Part shown: one piece after another, positions 38,440 to 48,183 of the stretch
Numbering within the stretch: position 1 is the first letter of the stretch
Layout of the letters: every line of letters starts with the position of its first letter
DNA from: a virus
Lineage: Duplodnaviria > Caudoviricetes
Reading direction: 5' to 3' (one strand)
DNA: 64,000 bases
IMG/VR virus record: IMGVR_UViG_3300017605_000212
Coordinates: 2,173-66,172 of that record
Made by a program: the position numbers and the translations under genes
Notes under the pieces: model-generated
Databases searched by the model: none
What the model saw: the letters and a program-made list of their open reading frames with translations, nothing else
What the model was told of the DNA's origin: nothing

Positions 38440-39453
38440 TTACTTTATTGTTTTGAGCAGGTTCGCGACACGGGCGTTCATCGCCTCGTCCGCTTCTGTC
38501 GGTTCTCCTGTGTCCGCGACTGTCTGCGCTGCGGGCGCTACCGGTGCCGCCTGCATGGGGGCCGGGTTCGCCTGCAAATTGAGGAACCCCGTATTCACCG
38601 TCTCGGGCTCCCTCGGCTGGGGCGGTGTTACCGGCGCGGTAACCTGCGGCTGCGGCGCAGCGATCTGCGGGTTCTGCGGCAGAATACCGATCTGCGGCAG
38701 GTGCGGCGTCACGCCGTGCTTGTCGTCGCCCGTGATGCGAAGGCTCTGCTGGTCCTCACGCAGGGGGAGGATCACCGGGGCCTCGGCGTCGGTCAACGCT
38801 TGCAGCGGCTGGAACATCATCTTCGGGTGCGGCTGGTTCGGGTCGAACTTCACCCGCGTCACGACCGCGTAGTAGGGCCAGCCCATCTTCGTAAGCTGCT
38901 CGCCGTAGGTGGCGAGATTGTTCAACGACGCAGGTGGGATACGCAGGAACACCGGCTCCATGAGCGGGGCTCCCAACACTTGCTGCGACTGCGACGGCAG
39001 GAGGAGAACCGCCAGCCGCTTGTAGTCGGTGCAGTCGCGGGCCTTGCTGCCGTCTGCGTTGGTGCGCCACGCATTGCGCGGGCAGATGGCGCAGGCCGTT
39101 GCCTGCTTGTTGACCACCTCGTCATCCGGCGTCACGCCGTTGAGCGAAGCGCAGATCGGGCGCATACCCTCGCTGGCGCTCGGATCGTACTTCTCGTAGT
39201 ACGACTTCGATTTGTTCTTGGCCTGACGCAATATAATTACGTCGAGGTGATTGGCTGGCGAACCATCGTCGGGGCGGACGAAGGTGTATTTCTCACCGCG
39301 CAAGCGCAGCGTCCACACCTTGCCCTTGTACCCAAGGATGCCATAGCTGCTGCCGATACCCTCGGCTAGGCTCTCCTGCTCTCCGATAGCGCCAAAGGCC
39401 TGTGCAGGCTTCTGACCCTTGAAAGCAGACATATCAATCAGTTCTTGTCCCAT
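38440..39453 (-). CDS. Putative single-stranded DNA-binding/replication protein
   Basis: PICAS.NG, CAICPRN, RLAV, LRIPPASL motifs; Pro/Ala-rich and acidic tail; adjacent to the primase. Confidence 0.6.
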   Translation of the reverse strand: MGQELIDMSAFKGQKPAQAFGAIGEQESLAEGIGSSYGILGYKGKVWTLRLRGEKYTFVRPDDGSPANHLDVIILRQAKNKSKSYYEKYDPSASEGMRPICASLNGVTPDDEVVNKQATACAICPRNAWRTNADGSKARDCTDYKRLAVLLLPSQSQQVLGAPLMEPVFLRIPPASLNNLATYGEQLTKMGWPYYAVVTRVKFDPNQPHPKMMFQPLQALTDAEAPVILPLREDQQSLRITGDDKHGVTPHLPQIGILPQNPQIAAPQPQVTAPVTPPQPREPETVNTGFLNLQANPAPMQAAPVAPAAQTVADTGEPTEADEAMNARVANLLKTIK

Positions 39454-39490
39454 AGGGGGGCTCCATGCGATGTTACCGGACCGGTAACGG

Positions 39491-39895
39491 TTACGTGCTT
39501 CTCACTCCAACGGATTTAACAGCACTCAGGTTGCAGCCGGGGGGCAGCGCCTTGTGTTCTTCTATGTACGCCTTGACTGCGGTGCTGTTGGCCTTGCGGT
39601 CAAGGAGGTCGAACAATTTGTGTTCAATAACGAAACTCATAAACGCCTCGGGGTCGGGCAAAGACGCTTGGTGCTTGACAGTAAGGTACGCCGTGCCAGC
39701 AGCCGTCTTCGCTGCGGAAGTACCACTGGTTTCTAAAAAATTCATTAGCCACGCACCGATTTCATCGCGAGCTTCTGTCCACGCTTTCTTAGCTTCTTCG
39801 TGGGCAGCATCCATCTTTTTGATCTGTTCGCGGATCATGCGGTACTGCTCAATCCGCTGAGCCACGTTCTTGTGTACTGATGTTGCATCACTCAT
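39491..39895 (-). CDS. Conserved phage replication-region protein
   Basis: Coiled coil followed by KTAAGTAY, FDLLDRK, LPPG. Confidence 0.65.
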   Translation of the reverse strand: MSDATSVHKNVAQRIEQYRMIREQIKKMDAAHEEAKKAWTEARDEIGAWLMNFLETSGTSAAKTAAGTAYLTVKHQASLPDPEAFMSFVIEHKLFDLLDRKANSTAVKAYIEEHKALPPGCNLSAVKSVGVRST

Positions 39896-41448
39896 GATCT
39901 GGCTCCGTCGCGCTTTGCGGTTGCATCCTCAAACATATCCAGCAGTTGATCTTGCACCTTCTGCTTGCCGCGCAGGAGAGCGTATATCTTTTTCTCCACG
40001 GGCGTACCTTGCAGGTGCAGGATTTGCTGCTTGTGTTTTTGGCCGACGCGACGGATGCGGGCGTTGGCTTGCTCGTAGATTTCGAGCGATGCTGTTGGTC
40101 CGTACCATATCACAGTGTCAGCGGCAGTCAAGGTCACGCCGTGCGCCAGACATTCTGGGTGCGCGAGCAGTACCTTGTATTTCTCGGTGTTCTGAAACAG
40201 ATGGAATATCTTGTCGCGATTGGGAGTGCCCCCGTGGACGGTGACGTTCTCGTACCCCTCTTTGTCTAGGTGTTTGGCGAGGCCGGTCAGCGAGTGCCGG
40301 AATGGCACAAACACCATCACCTTGCGTTCAGTGCCCTCCAGTATGTCCATCAGCGCCTCGATGCGCGGCGTTGCATCCAACTCCACATACTCGGGGCTCG
40401 TCGTGTAGACCCACCCTTGCGACACCTGCAACAGCTTGGACATAGCAGCGGCGGCGTTGAGAGCCGTGATCGCCTTGTCCTCCACCATCGTTCTAAATTC
40501 GCGAGCCAGCTTGTCGTAGGCCTTGGACTGTTCCTTGCTGAGGGGCACGTCGATCACCCGGCTTACCAACTCGGGCAATTCCACAACGTCATCCAAGGCG
40601 AAGCGCACGCTGGGTTGCATCCATTTGAACGCCTTCTCGACTGCGTCGGGCTTGGGGACCAGCTTGAATTGGCTGATCCGGTTCATCAGGATGCTCTCGG
40701 CCTGACGATAAAATTGCGGTACAGTTTGCGGGGTGACGATTTTGCACTGAGCCCACACGTCAGTAGGCTTATTTGGCATAGGGGCACCAGACATTCCCCA
40801 TACACAAGAGAACCGTTGGGCGAATTTACGCATAGCTTTGCTACGCTGTGAGTTGTTGCGGTAGACCGCGAGTTCATCGAGGATGAGTACGTCAATATCT
40901 GTTCGTGCATGGAGGTCTGCCTCGATCACTTTAAGGCCGTCGTGATTGATAATGAAAATGTCCGCTCCTGAGCCAGCTAGAGCCGACAACCTTTCGGCCT
41001 TCGTACCGTGCAGGACTGACACCTTTCGGCGTGGTAAGGTAGCAAAAGCTTCGCGGGCCCATACGAAGTGCAGAGTAGATAGGGGTGCCACGATAAGCGC
41101 TTTGCCGCAGAGGCCTTGCTGGTATAAGTAGTCCCATGACCACAGGGCCGTTTTCGTCTTCCCCGTTCCCATATGATTTAATACGTATGCTCGGGGATTT
41201 TCTGTGAGAAGGGCGCATGTCTGCCTCTGCACCTCGAACGGTTGCGCTGCTCCCCAGTCATAGTAGGCGAGCATCGGGTTCGGGGTTTTGTATCCAATGT
41301 GACGGAGAAGGTGGCTCTCGTGCAGCGTGTGCGGCACGACCAAATTGTTACCGCCCGGTAACTCGGGGGCACCGGGGAATAGGTTCTTCGTCGCTGTGGT
41401 CTTGGGTATGACCAGCGACTTGTGTTCCCTTGAGACGACGACGTTCAT
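39892..41448 (-). CDS. SNF2-family superfamily II helicase
   Basis: MGTGKT, ILDE, SGAP, HGVTLTAA, EQANARIRRVGQ. Confidence 0.9.
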   Translation of the reverse strand: MNVVVSREHKSLVIPKTTATKNLFPGAPELPGGNNLVVPHTLHESHLLRHIGYKTPNPMLAYYDWGAAQPFEVQRQTCALLTENPRAYVLNHMGTGKTKTALWSWDYLYQQGLCGKALIVAPLSTLHFVWAREAFATLPRRKVSVLHGTKAERLSALAGSGADIFIINHDGLKVIEADLHARTDIDVLILDELAVYRNNSQRSKAMRKFAQRFSCVWGMSGAPMPNKPTDVWAQCKIVTPQTVPQFYRQAESILMNRISQFKLVPKPDAVEKAFKWMQPSVRFALDDVVELPELVSRVIDVPLSKEQSKAYDKLAREFRTMVEDKAITALNAAAAMSKLLQVSQGWVYTTSPEYVELDATPRIEALMDILEGTERKVMVFVPFRHSLTGLAKHLDKEGYENVTVHGGTPNRDKIFHLFQNTEKYKVLLAHPECLAHGVTLTAADTVIWYGPTASLEIYEQANARIRRVGQKHKQQILHLQGTPVEKKIYALLRGKQKVQDQLLDMFEDATAKRDGARS

Positions 41449-41738
41449 AGTAACGACCGTATGTACGACAATGCTTCCGCAAGTGAAGGTTTATCCTTCA
41501 CCACGAACACCTTGCCACCGGCTATCTCAATAGCCGCTTTAGTCTCTATTTGGCGCGGTGTCAACTCCTTCCCCGGCACTTTGGTTTCAATCGCAACGAA
41601 CTGACCACCAGCGCAGAGGAAGTAGTCCAAACCGGGCGATCCGTACCCGGTCTGGACTGGCATAAACTTGAAGACGTAGGGCCGAAACTCTTTCAGCCCT
41701 TCGTTCACCATGTGTTTAACGCGACCCTCTGGGGTCAC
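41445..41738 (-). CDS. VRR-NUC domain nuclease
   Basis: TPEGRVK, GLDY, FVAIETK, LTPRQ. Confidence 0.85.
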   Translation of the reverse strand: MTPEGRVKHMVNEGLKEFRPYVFKFMPVQTGYGSPGLDYFLCAGGQFVAIETKVPGKELTPRQIETKAAIEIAGGKVFVVKDKPSLAEALSYIRSLL

Positions 41739-42412
41739 GCCACGCCCTCGATCTTGCCCTTGCGGAGCATGACCCAGCCACCGGCTGAAATGATAATCAG
41801 CCCCTCATCCACCATCTTGCCCAGCAAGGTGTGAATTGCTCCCTTGCCGCCCGCTTCAAGGAACTTCTGGTGAAGCACCTTTTTGTGGAGGGCGGTCGGA
41901 TGCACCTTCGCCAGCACGTCCAGAATGATAGTCCGTGCTTTGTTGATACGCTCCGCTTGGGCAGCGGCGGCTGCTTCCCGTTCCTCTTTGGACCGCCACG
42001 CACCCTTTTTACGGGCGACGTGGGTGTCGCCGGTTACCGGCGCGGTAACACCGTTCGGTTTCACCGCGATCTGGACATTCTTGAGGACGACAATGGTGTA
42101 ACGCTCGTAGGTCGCGCCACGTCCACTGTTGAACCAGATAATGTCCTCCACGCGCAGCCGCCGCATACCGGCAAGGATCGTCGTCCGAGTGTAACCATAC
42201 TCGGTTTTCAGGTCCGCTATCAACTGCTTGAAGTTCTGGTGGTAGTGGTGTCGGAACAGGTACTCCTTGATTACCATGTCGACAGTCACACGCGCCGGGG
42301 GTGATACCGCCTGCTTGGGCATGGCGGTTCTCATTTTGGCCAACGCGGCGGCAACCTTCGCTGCCACGGCGTCGTCAATCATCTTCTGCATCTTGCGATC
42401 TGTTTTAGTCAT
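41735..42412 (-). CDS. Hypothetical protein, possibly two winged-helix-like domains
   Basis: Two basic helical domains separated by a linker that holds a palindrome copy. Confidence 0.55.
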   Translation of the reverse strand: MTKTDRKMQKMIDDAVAAKVAAALAKMRTAMPKQAVSPPARVTVDMVIKEYLFRHHYHQNFKQLIADLKTEYGYTRTTILAGMRRLRVEDIIWFNSGRGATYERYTIVVLKNVQIAVKPNGVTAPVTGDTHVARKKGAWRSKEEREAAAAAQAERINKARTIILDVLAKVHPTALHKKVLHQKFLEAGGKGAIHTLLGKMVDEGLIIISAGGWVMLRKGKIEGVA

Positions 42413-42425
42413 CTGGAGTGTGCTT

Positions 42426-42959
42426 TCACCTTTTGTGATACAGCCTGTTGATAGGAGACGCCTGCGCGGTCTGCGGCATTGCGTTGCAGTCCTCTGCGGT
42501 GTCTTTTGGTTGGAGTTGCTGGAGCAACCCGATTTTTGCGAGCAGCGCGTCAGACGGATATAGGTGAATATCGTCCTCGATAATCACCGGGTCTGCACCG
42601 TACTGCTGCACAAACACGAATACTTTTCCGTTGTGGGCGCACACACTCATGTGGGCGGGTCCGTTGTAGAGGCGACCGGGCTCCATGCCGGGGTGCTTCG
42701 ACGCCTGCGCGGCTGTTTCCGCCATACGCATACGGTCAAGCAGCGGGCCCAGCATTACGCTACAGTCGTATACCGTTTCCCTCCGCGATGGCGGATCAGG
42801 CCGCACTTGGTGCATTATCTCTTTGAAGTCCATCTTCACGCCTGCTTGGGCAAGCGCGACTATCTCGCTCACCCCCAAGACGTGGCGCGGCGGCTCCGTC
42901 GGATGACCACCTATTACATAGGGCTCGGGGTATTGCGGATCGTAGATGCTGTTGCTCAT
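42426..42959 (-). CDS. Hypothetical protein
   Basis: Coupled start; PVIIEDD..LYPSDALL. Confidence 0.65.
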   Translation of the reverse strand: MSNSIYDPQYPEPYVIGGHPTEPPRHVLGVSEIVALAQAGVKMDFKEIMHQVRPDPPSRRETVYDCSVMLGPLLDRMRMAETAAQASKHPGMEPGRLYNGPAHMSVCAHNGKVFVFVQQYGADPVIIEDDIHLYPSDALLAKIGLLQQLQPKDTAEDCNAMPQTAQASPINRLYHKR

Positions 42960-43627
42960 GATGCCCTCAGATCGCGTTCAAGAATTGTGATCGGGCGATA
43001 GTCCCAGACCGGTTCGCCTAGGTTGTGGTTACGTTTCCGCAGGCACTTCTCCAGCCACATGACATAGCCGTCCTGCCGGGACCACCTCGGCACCCAGCAG
43101 AACATCGGGTGCCAGTTGTCCAGTCGCTTTGTCTTTTCATCGGGGGTTTCGTATCGCCACCTCATTGGATGATCCCCAGATTATCCAAGGCCTTTATGGT
43201 TGTGACGAGCCCAATTACGAACAGGATGACGCAGACAATCACCACCACAGTCCACACCATCACGACTAAACTCGCCAGATACCACAAGAGCATCAGGCCG
43301 GGTGCCAGCATCAACGCGATGCCCGTAGCCAAGGACATTTTGTACCACGTCGAATTTTCAATCTCTCGGCGCATGTTATCTGCTCTCCACTTTTATGTCA
43401 ACTACGTCCACGCGCTTGTCCGTCACGAACATGCCCCCGAAAACGGGCTTGCCCTCGAAGTCTGCGCGGAACACTATGATTTCTCCGACCGTTACAGGGC
43501 CGGGTATCCAGCCCCGTATCAAGTCCCCTTGCTCAGGTCCGCCGCCAGCGATAGCGGCAAAGTGGCACCCATTAGGGTACACCCTTTCCACCTTCTGGCG
43601 GCTGACCACTTCAAAGTCTGCGATCAT
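42956..43627 (-). CDS. Three small coupled genes (42956-43165; 43162-43374 membrane; 43376-43627)
   Basis: ATGA overlaps and tight packing. Confidence 0.55.
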
Positions 43628-44010
43628 AGTTTGTTTTTCCGGTTGAACTCCAGCAGGTCGAACTTACGCGCTTGCAAGGCCTTCCTTGCCCGCTCTACGT
43701 CTGACGGGTCCACATTGCCCTTTGACATAGCTGCTAGGCGCTGCTCCCACTCCCGTATCTCGGAACGTAACTTCCGCCGTTGACGCTTGAGGAAGCGGAG
43801 CCTGCCCTCCGGTGTCTCCGCTTGGGTGGCTATACGCGGCGCGGAGGTCTGAGGCTCGCTTGGCCGAGAAGGCCACGCTGGCCTCACTTCGCCCTCGTGG
43901 CGTCGCAGAAATGAGGGTATCGGCTCCCCCTCCTGCGGCCACGGGCACTCCAGCGCCCAGCGCCGCCCCTCGTCGTCGATGATATGGTCCGCGTGAAACT
44001 TCACGGGCAT
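43624..44010 (-). CDS. Hypothetical protein
   Basis: AAGGA RBS; IPSFLRR motif. Confidence 0.6.
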   Translation of the reverse strand: MPVKFHADHIIDDEGRRWALECPWPQEGEPIPSFLRRHEGEVRPAWPSRPSEPQTSAPRIATQAETPEGRLRFLKRQRRKLRSEIREWEQRLAAMSKGNVDPSDVERARKALQARKFDLLEFNRKNKL

Positions 44011-44224
44011 ATGGTCGTCCTTTCTTCGGTTTTGTTACCGGCTCGGTAACAGGCTCGCCCAACAGTTGTTGGATCAGCGGTCGAAGCAGGTCCACCTTGC
44101 TGAGGTTCAACTCCCTCGCACGGCTATCCAGCTTGTCCCACAGGGGCCGGTCCAACGAAATTGAAATCGACCTTGGTAGGCCCATTGTCGTGTCGATCCC
44201 ACGAGTATGATACTTCGTTGCCAT
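43664..44224 (-). CDS. Ribbon-helix-helix (CopG/Arc-like) DNA-binding protein; long C-terminal extension overlaps the next gene
   Basis: RSISISLDRPLWDKLDSRARELNLSKVDLLRPLIQQLL fits the RHH pattern. Confidence 0.6.
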   Translation of the reverse strand: MATKYHTRGIDTTMGLPRSISISLDRPLWDKLDSRARELNLSKVDLLRPLIQQLLGEPVTEPVTKPKKGRPYAREVSRGPYHRRRGAALGAGVPVAAGGGADTLISATPRGRSEASVAFSAKRASDLRAAYSHPSGDTGGQAPLPQASTAEVTFRDTGVGAAPSSYVKGQCGPVRRRAGKEGLASA

Positions 44225-44344
44225 TGGCATCAGCCCCTTTGATTGCTTTCCTTGCTCTGCGCTCACCGCTCTCGATCAGCAGGACCATGAACAGTATGAT
44301 CCCCACCGCTATCGCAGCGGCCTTGTACGGGTTCATGCGGAACA

Positions 44345-45022
44345 TCAGTAACTCCCTTTGCCGTGGTACGGGCAGGTAGTGACGGGGCAGTATCGCTTGC
44401 ACAGTCGCCCCGGTTGCGGAGGATAGTTCTGAGTGTTGTGCGCCACGGATAGCGCCTCAACCCTTGGATACATCCCCTTCCACTCACCCGCCACGGCTTT
44501 GCGGGTGAACACTATCTCGGTGTTGGTGTTGTCCTTGATCCAAATGTAGTCCGTTCTCACCATCTGTACGCGCGGGTAATGCACGAACACGCATTGCGCG
44601 AGCAGGAACATCTGCGCGTGATCCTCCAGCACCTTGCCGGTTTTCCAGTCGATAGCCCACGCGAAGGTATCGTCAACACGAAGGGCGTCGGCAATGGTGC
44701 GTAGCCATACGTCTTTATCGAACCATCCTGTCTTTTTGAAGGCCTCGGTGATGGCGAACCGTTGCTCCACCATCAACTTGCCGGGGCCAGCCGCTACAAT
44801 GTCTACCCACTTCTGGTACTGCGCGAACTCAGGCGGCAGCGGAGTGCCAGTCTCCAGCGCGTTCTGCATGACCTTGTGCAGCCGGTTGCCCCAGTCCAAC
44901 GGGCCTCCCGGTACGACCGCCTCGGCAAAGTTCTTGAGTATGTCCACCTCGTGATGGCGCTTGGGACACGCTTCGTAGTTCTTCATACGAGAGTAGGACC
45001 ATGCGAACGGTTTACTTGTCAT
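44345..45022 (-). CDS. PD-(D/E)XK (Cas4/RecB-like) exonuclease
   Basis: WSYSR..YEACP, AD..IDWKTGK, C-terminal LCKRYCPVTTCPY. Confidence 0.85.
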   Translation of the reverse strand: MTSKPFAWSYSRMKNYEACPKRHHEVDILKNFAEAVVPGGPLDWGNRLHKVMQNALETGTPLPPEFAQYQKWVDIVAAGPGKLMVEQRFAITEAFKKTGWFDKDVWLRTIADALRVDDTFAWAIDWKTGKVLEDHAQMFLLAQCVFVHYPRVQMVRTDYIWIKDNTNTEIVFTRKAVAGEWKGMYPRVEALSVAHNTQNYPPQPGRLCKRYCPVTTCPYHGKGSY

Positions 45023-45272
45023 CTGGGAACCTCGGGGAGCAGTAGGCCAGCGCGTGGCTCCATGTGGTCGGCTCCCACAGGTCATACTCTGGGTCGCCGC
45101 CGTTGTGATCCGCTACATAGACCCATCCGTACATCGGGACGTGCGAGGTCTTGCCCCACTGAGTGCGGCGCTTAATTCCCCCCCGCTTGCCGACGATCCA
45201 CGTCCCATCCTTGGGCGCGGTGCCGATAGGCTTCCAGCGGTTGGTAGTGAGACTGCTGTAGGCGTGAAGCAT
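45012..45272 (-). CDS. Small DUF551-like protein
   Basis: WKPIGTAPKDGT ... EPTTW. Confidence 0.65.
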   Translation of the reverse strand: MLHAYSSLTTNRWKPIGTAPKDGTWIVGKRGGIKRRTQWGKTSHVPMYGWVYVADHNGGDPEYDLWEPTTWSHALAYCSPRFPDDK

Positions 45273-45275
45273 TGC

Positions 45276-45656
45276 TTACGCGACCCAACTAAGGGCGTCC
45301 TTTATGCGGAAATGATAGTGGATGCCGTGGCTGCACGTTTGGGCCTTATCAGGGTTGAACTGATCGGGGTAGACGGTCGTGCCAATCTTGTACTCCAAGC
45401 GCGTGCCGCTGCCGTAGACAGCGTTGCGCCCCACCACGGTTTTCAGTCGCCTGCCTTTTTTGTACCCACGATGCCAGCCCCCGGCCACCTGATAGATAGC
45501 TATGACCTTGGCCTCGCTCGCCCGCGACTTCCCGGTAAAGTGGACGTGCTTTGCACGAGCGGGAATAGCCAGCCGTACAAGCAGCGGCTTGTAGCCGTGA
45601 AGTGAACGGCAGTATTTCCAGCCCAAGTGGCGCTGGCCTTTTTTGGGTTTCTTCAT
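45276..45656 (-). CDS. DUF5758-like protein
   Basis: KSRASEAKV, YKIGTTVYPDQF, CSHGIHY. Confidence 0.6.
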   Translation of the reverse strand: MKKPKKGQRHLGWKYCRSLHGYKPLLVRLAIPARAKHVHFTGKSRASEAKVIAIYQVAGGWHRGYKKGRRLKTVVGRNAVYGSGTRLEYKIGTTVYPDQFNPDKAQTCSHGIHYHFRIKDALSWVA

Positions 45657-46189
45657 GGTGTACCTTTCTTTGGTGGAGGGGCTGTTACCGGTCGGTAACG
45701 CGGTCCTGTGGGTGCAGCAGGCCCGGTCGCACCGGTCGCACCGGTCGCACCGGGTACCCCGTACCCATACGGGTGCGTCAGCATGTGCATCTTGTATTGT
45801 TCCAGCAGCGTTGGGTCCTTCACGATGCACTCCATGCAAATGTCGGCCCCCATTAACTTCGTAATGTGGTCGGGGCTCATTGGGTCGTGACAGTAGGCAC
45901 ACTTCGGCTTGTTGAACTCCAGCGCAAGATGCACATTGGCGAGCATTTTCTCGCTCGGAAACTCCTTCGCCAATTCTGACCAGCCTATCTCCATACGCGG
46001 TATCTTGACGCCGACGACTTCGGCCAAGTCCTCGCATGTCTTATAATAGGACACCTCGATCAGCCTGCGCTTCACCCATGCCTCGACCGTACCCATGCGA
46101 GCGTGTCGCGCTGTTACCTTCGCACCTTGCTCCATTTCGGCAAGGCGCTTGGCCATGTGGTAGAACTCTTTGACCTTGTTCTCGGTCAC
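45653..46189 (-). CDS. Hypothetical protein with a C4 zinc finger and a short collagen-like tail
   Basis: CAYC...ICMEC; [11 protein letters not shown]. Confidence 0.65.
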   Translation of the reverse strand: MTENKVKEFYHMAKRLAEMEQGAKVTARHARMGTVEAWVKRRLIEVSYYKTCEDLAEVVGVKIPRMEIGWSELAKEFPSEKMLANVHLALEFNKPKCAYCHDPMSPDHITKLMGADICMECIVKDPTLLEQYKMHMLTHPYGYGVPGATGATGATGPAAPTGPRYRPVTAPPPKKGTP

Positions 46190-46731
46190 TGGATCACCTT
46201 CATGCAGTCGATGACATACTTGGCTTGGGCCGCAGCGTCGTCCGCTGCATCGTGTTCTACCTCAGGCACCGGACGCGGCACATGAGTGCAGGGGCGCAGG
46301 GCCGCGAGTGTGCGAATGTCACGCACAGTACGGAAGCCCCACGGCACCTCCAGCTTGCAGCGCCGGTAGGCGCTCTCCATCAGCGATACGTCAAACGTAG
46401 CGCCAAAGCCCCACGGACAAAAGCCGGGGTACATGTGGTTCTCGATAAAGGCCGAGGTGACACGCAAGGCATCTTGCAGGAGGACACCCTGCTGGGTTGC
46501 CATACCCAACCGGGCTTTCTCATTCTGTTTTAGCCACCACGCAATCGTCGGCCACGTCACTGTCATGCCAAGGTCGAGGCACGATTGCGGCTCTACCGCG
46601 ATCTTGATGGGCTTTCCTATCTCCCCGGTCGAAGCGTTGAAGGGGCACAGGCCGATCTGTGTGATGACAGCATCGGGGTGGGTACCCAGCGTTTCGAGGT
46701 CTATGCTCAGATCAGTGTATCTTTCGGTCAT
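46186..46731 (-). CDS. DEDDh 3'-5' exonuclease (DUF5051-like)
   Basis: IDLETLG, GATFD, HDAADDA. Confidence 0.85.
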   Translation of the reverse strand: MTERYTDLSIDLETLGTHPDAVITQIGLCPFNASTGEIGKPIKIAVEPQSCLDLGMTVTWPTIAWWLKQNEKARLGMATQQGVLLQDALRVTSAFIENHMYPGFCPWGFGATFDVSLMESAYRRCKLEVPWGFRTVRDIRTLAALRPCTHVPRPVPEVEHDAADDAAAQAKYVIDCMKVIQ

Positions 46732-47170
46732 GGATTGCCCTTCCTGACTTCCATCCAGCGACCACTACCTTCGCGCAATTTCTTGTCGAGGTTGTAGTCC
46801 CGCAACTCAGCCGTCTCGTACTTGGCCCAGACCCGCCACTCGCTCCAGTATTTGTCACGCCAGAGCCTCCAGCGGTACTCAATCGTGAAGGGGCGCACCC
46901 TCTTTCTGGCACGGCTTCGCGGCTTCCACTCATCGGAAGCTACCGCCGCCTTGCCGGGGTCGCCCTGCTTGCTCATCAGAACTTTTTCGCTTTGTTCCTG
47001 CGTCTGCGCCAGTCCCTGACGAACGCCGTCGCGACCCACCATAACAGCCAGTAGATCGTGCCGACGCCCATGATCGTGATGAACACTGGCCCCGCGTTGT
47101 AGTTCACGCAGAGCCAAACGATGAAGCCCAGACAGGCCAGTCCGCAGAGGGCGAGGAAGTGGCTAATCAT
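46728..47170 (-). CDS. Two small genes (46728-46976; 46976-47170 membrane protein)
   Basis: Coupled starts and stops. Confidence 0.5.
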
Positions 47171-47624
47171 TGGTCGAACCCCGCGAGATAGGCTTGCCAG
47201 TCGCCTGCTCCATTTCGATCTGGAGGAGGGCGAGAACGCGCCAAGCCGCCTTTGCCATATGGCGTTGGCCGTCAATGTCGAAGCTGCCTCTCTCCATGAT
47301 GTGCCGTACAATGGTGTCGGCTTGATCCATTGATTTCCCCCGCGCCCAATGCAGCGGCTCGCCGGGGTTGTGTTGGTCGTTGCCCGCCTTACTGACACGG
47401 GCAACCTCCAGCAGCGCGAGCGGGAAGTAGTCGAGAACACCGGTGCAAATTGGGTACTCCTTTCGCTCCTTCGGGTCGGTCGGCAGATAAGGCTCCGTCT
47501 GCTCGGTCGAAACTTTGGTTAAGTCTTCAATTCGGCGCGTGTTACCGATCCGGTAACGAGCGGCGGTTTGCTCCGGGCTCTCGCCTTCGCGAGGGGTGTT
47601 GGTCAAGAAAACTGCGGGGTTCAT
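47163..47624 (-). CDS. dATP/dGTP diphosphohydrolase (DUF5664-like)
   Basis: LDYFPLALLEVARVS..GN.QH, DTIVRH, HMAKAAWR. Confidence 0.75.
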   Translation of the reverse strand: MNPAVFLTNTPREGESPEQTAARYRIGNTRRIEDLTKVSTEQTEPYLPTDPKERKEYPICTGVLDYFPLALLEVARVSKAGNDQHNPGEPLHWARGKSMDQADTIVRHIMERGSFDIDGQRHMAKAAWRVLALLQIEMEQATGKPISRGSTND

Positions 47625-47832
47625 TGGTAACTCCATTTGGCGAGGGCACACCTTGGTTGCGTGTGTGTCACGACAATCTAAGCAGTACCACGGCATGGTT
47701 GAGGAGGACCACCGTATTGCTACGGCGGTCCCTCTGGTTGTGGCCCTCAGGAGGACCATTTGCTGGCGTTCCACCAGCCAGTTAGATAGCGGACATTGCC
47801 CCGGTCGTGAAGTGGGGTTTTACGCTACCCGT

Positions 47833-48183
47833 TCATAGGTAGATAAACTTTAGACCCAGCGCCTTTGCAGTATGCCACTCAGCACTCACGCCAGTGGAGG
47901 CTTCCCAACCGGGGAGACACGCGATGGCTTCGGCATGAGCGCAAATCCACTCAAGGTCCTCACCCAGCGCCTGCCGTAAGGAGAAGTTATGCTCCTTCGC
48001 GGCCTGCTCAACACTACCAGACACATTGCCTTTCGATATATCGGTTCCGTGACGCTCCATGTCCTTCTCAGCGGGGCTGAACACTACATGGCCTTGTTCG
48101 CGTAGTTTCGCTGCCGCAACGTGGAAGGCAGGGAAATTAAACTCAGGGTATCCTCTCATAGGACCCGCAAGGTATATCCTCAC
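47833..48183 (-). CDS. DUF4406 / nucleoside deoxyribosyltransferase-like protein
   Basis: IYLAGPMRG.PEFNFPAF, LPGWEAS.G..AE. Confidence 0.8.
   Translation of the reverse strand: MRIYLAGPMRGYPEFNFPAFHVAAAKLREQGHVVFSPAEKDMERHGTDISKGNVSGSVEQAAKEHNFSLRQALGEDLEWICAHAEAIACLPGWEASTGVSAEWHTAKALGLKFIYL

Noticed and set aside
779-44050. VTEPVT as a conserved protein motif
   Set aside because: The same DNA is read as LPxGN or YRxGN elsewhere and also occurs intergenically, so the peptide is a by-product.
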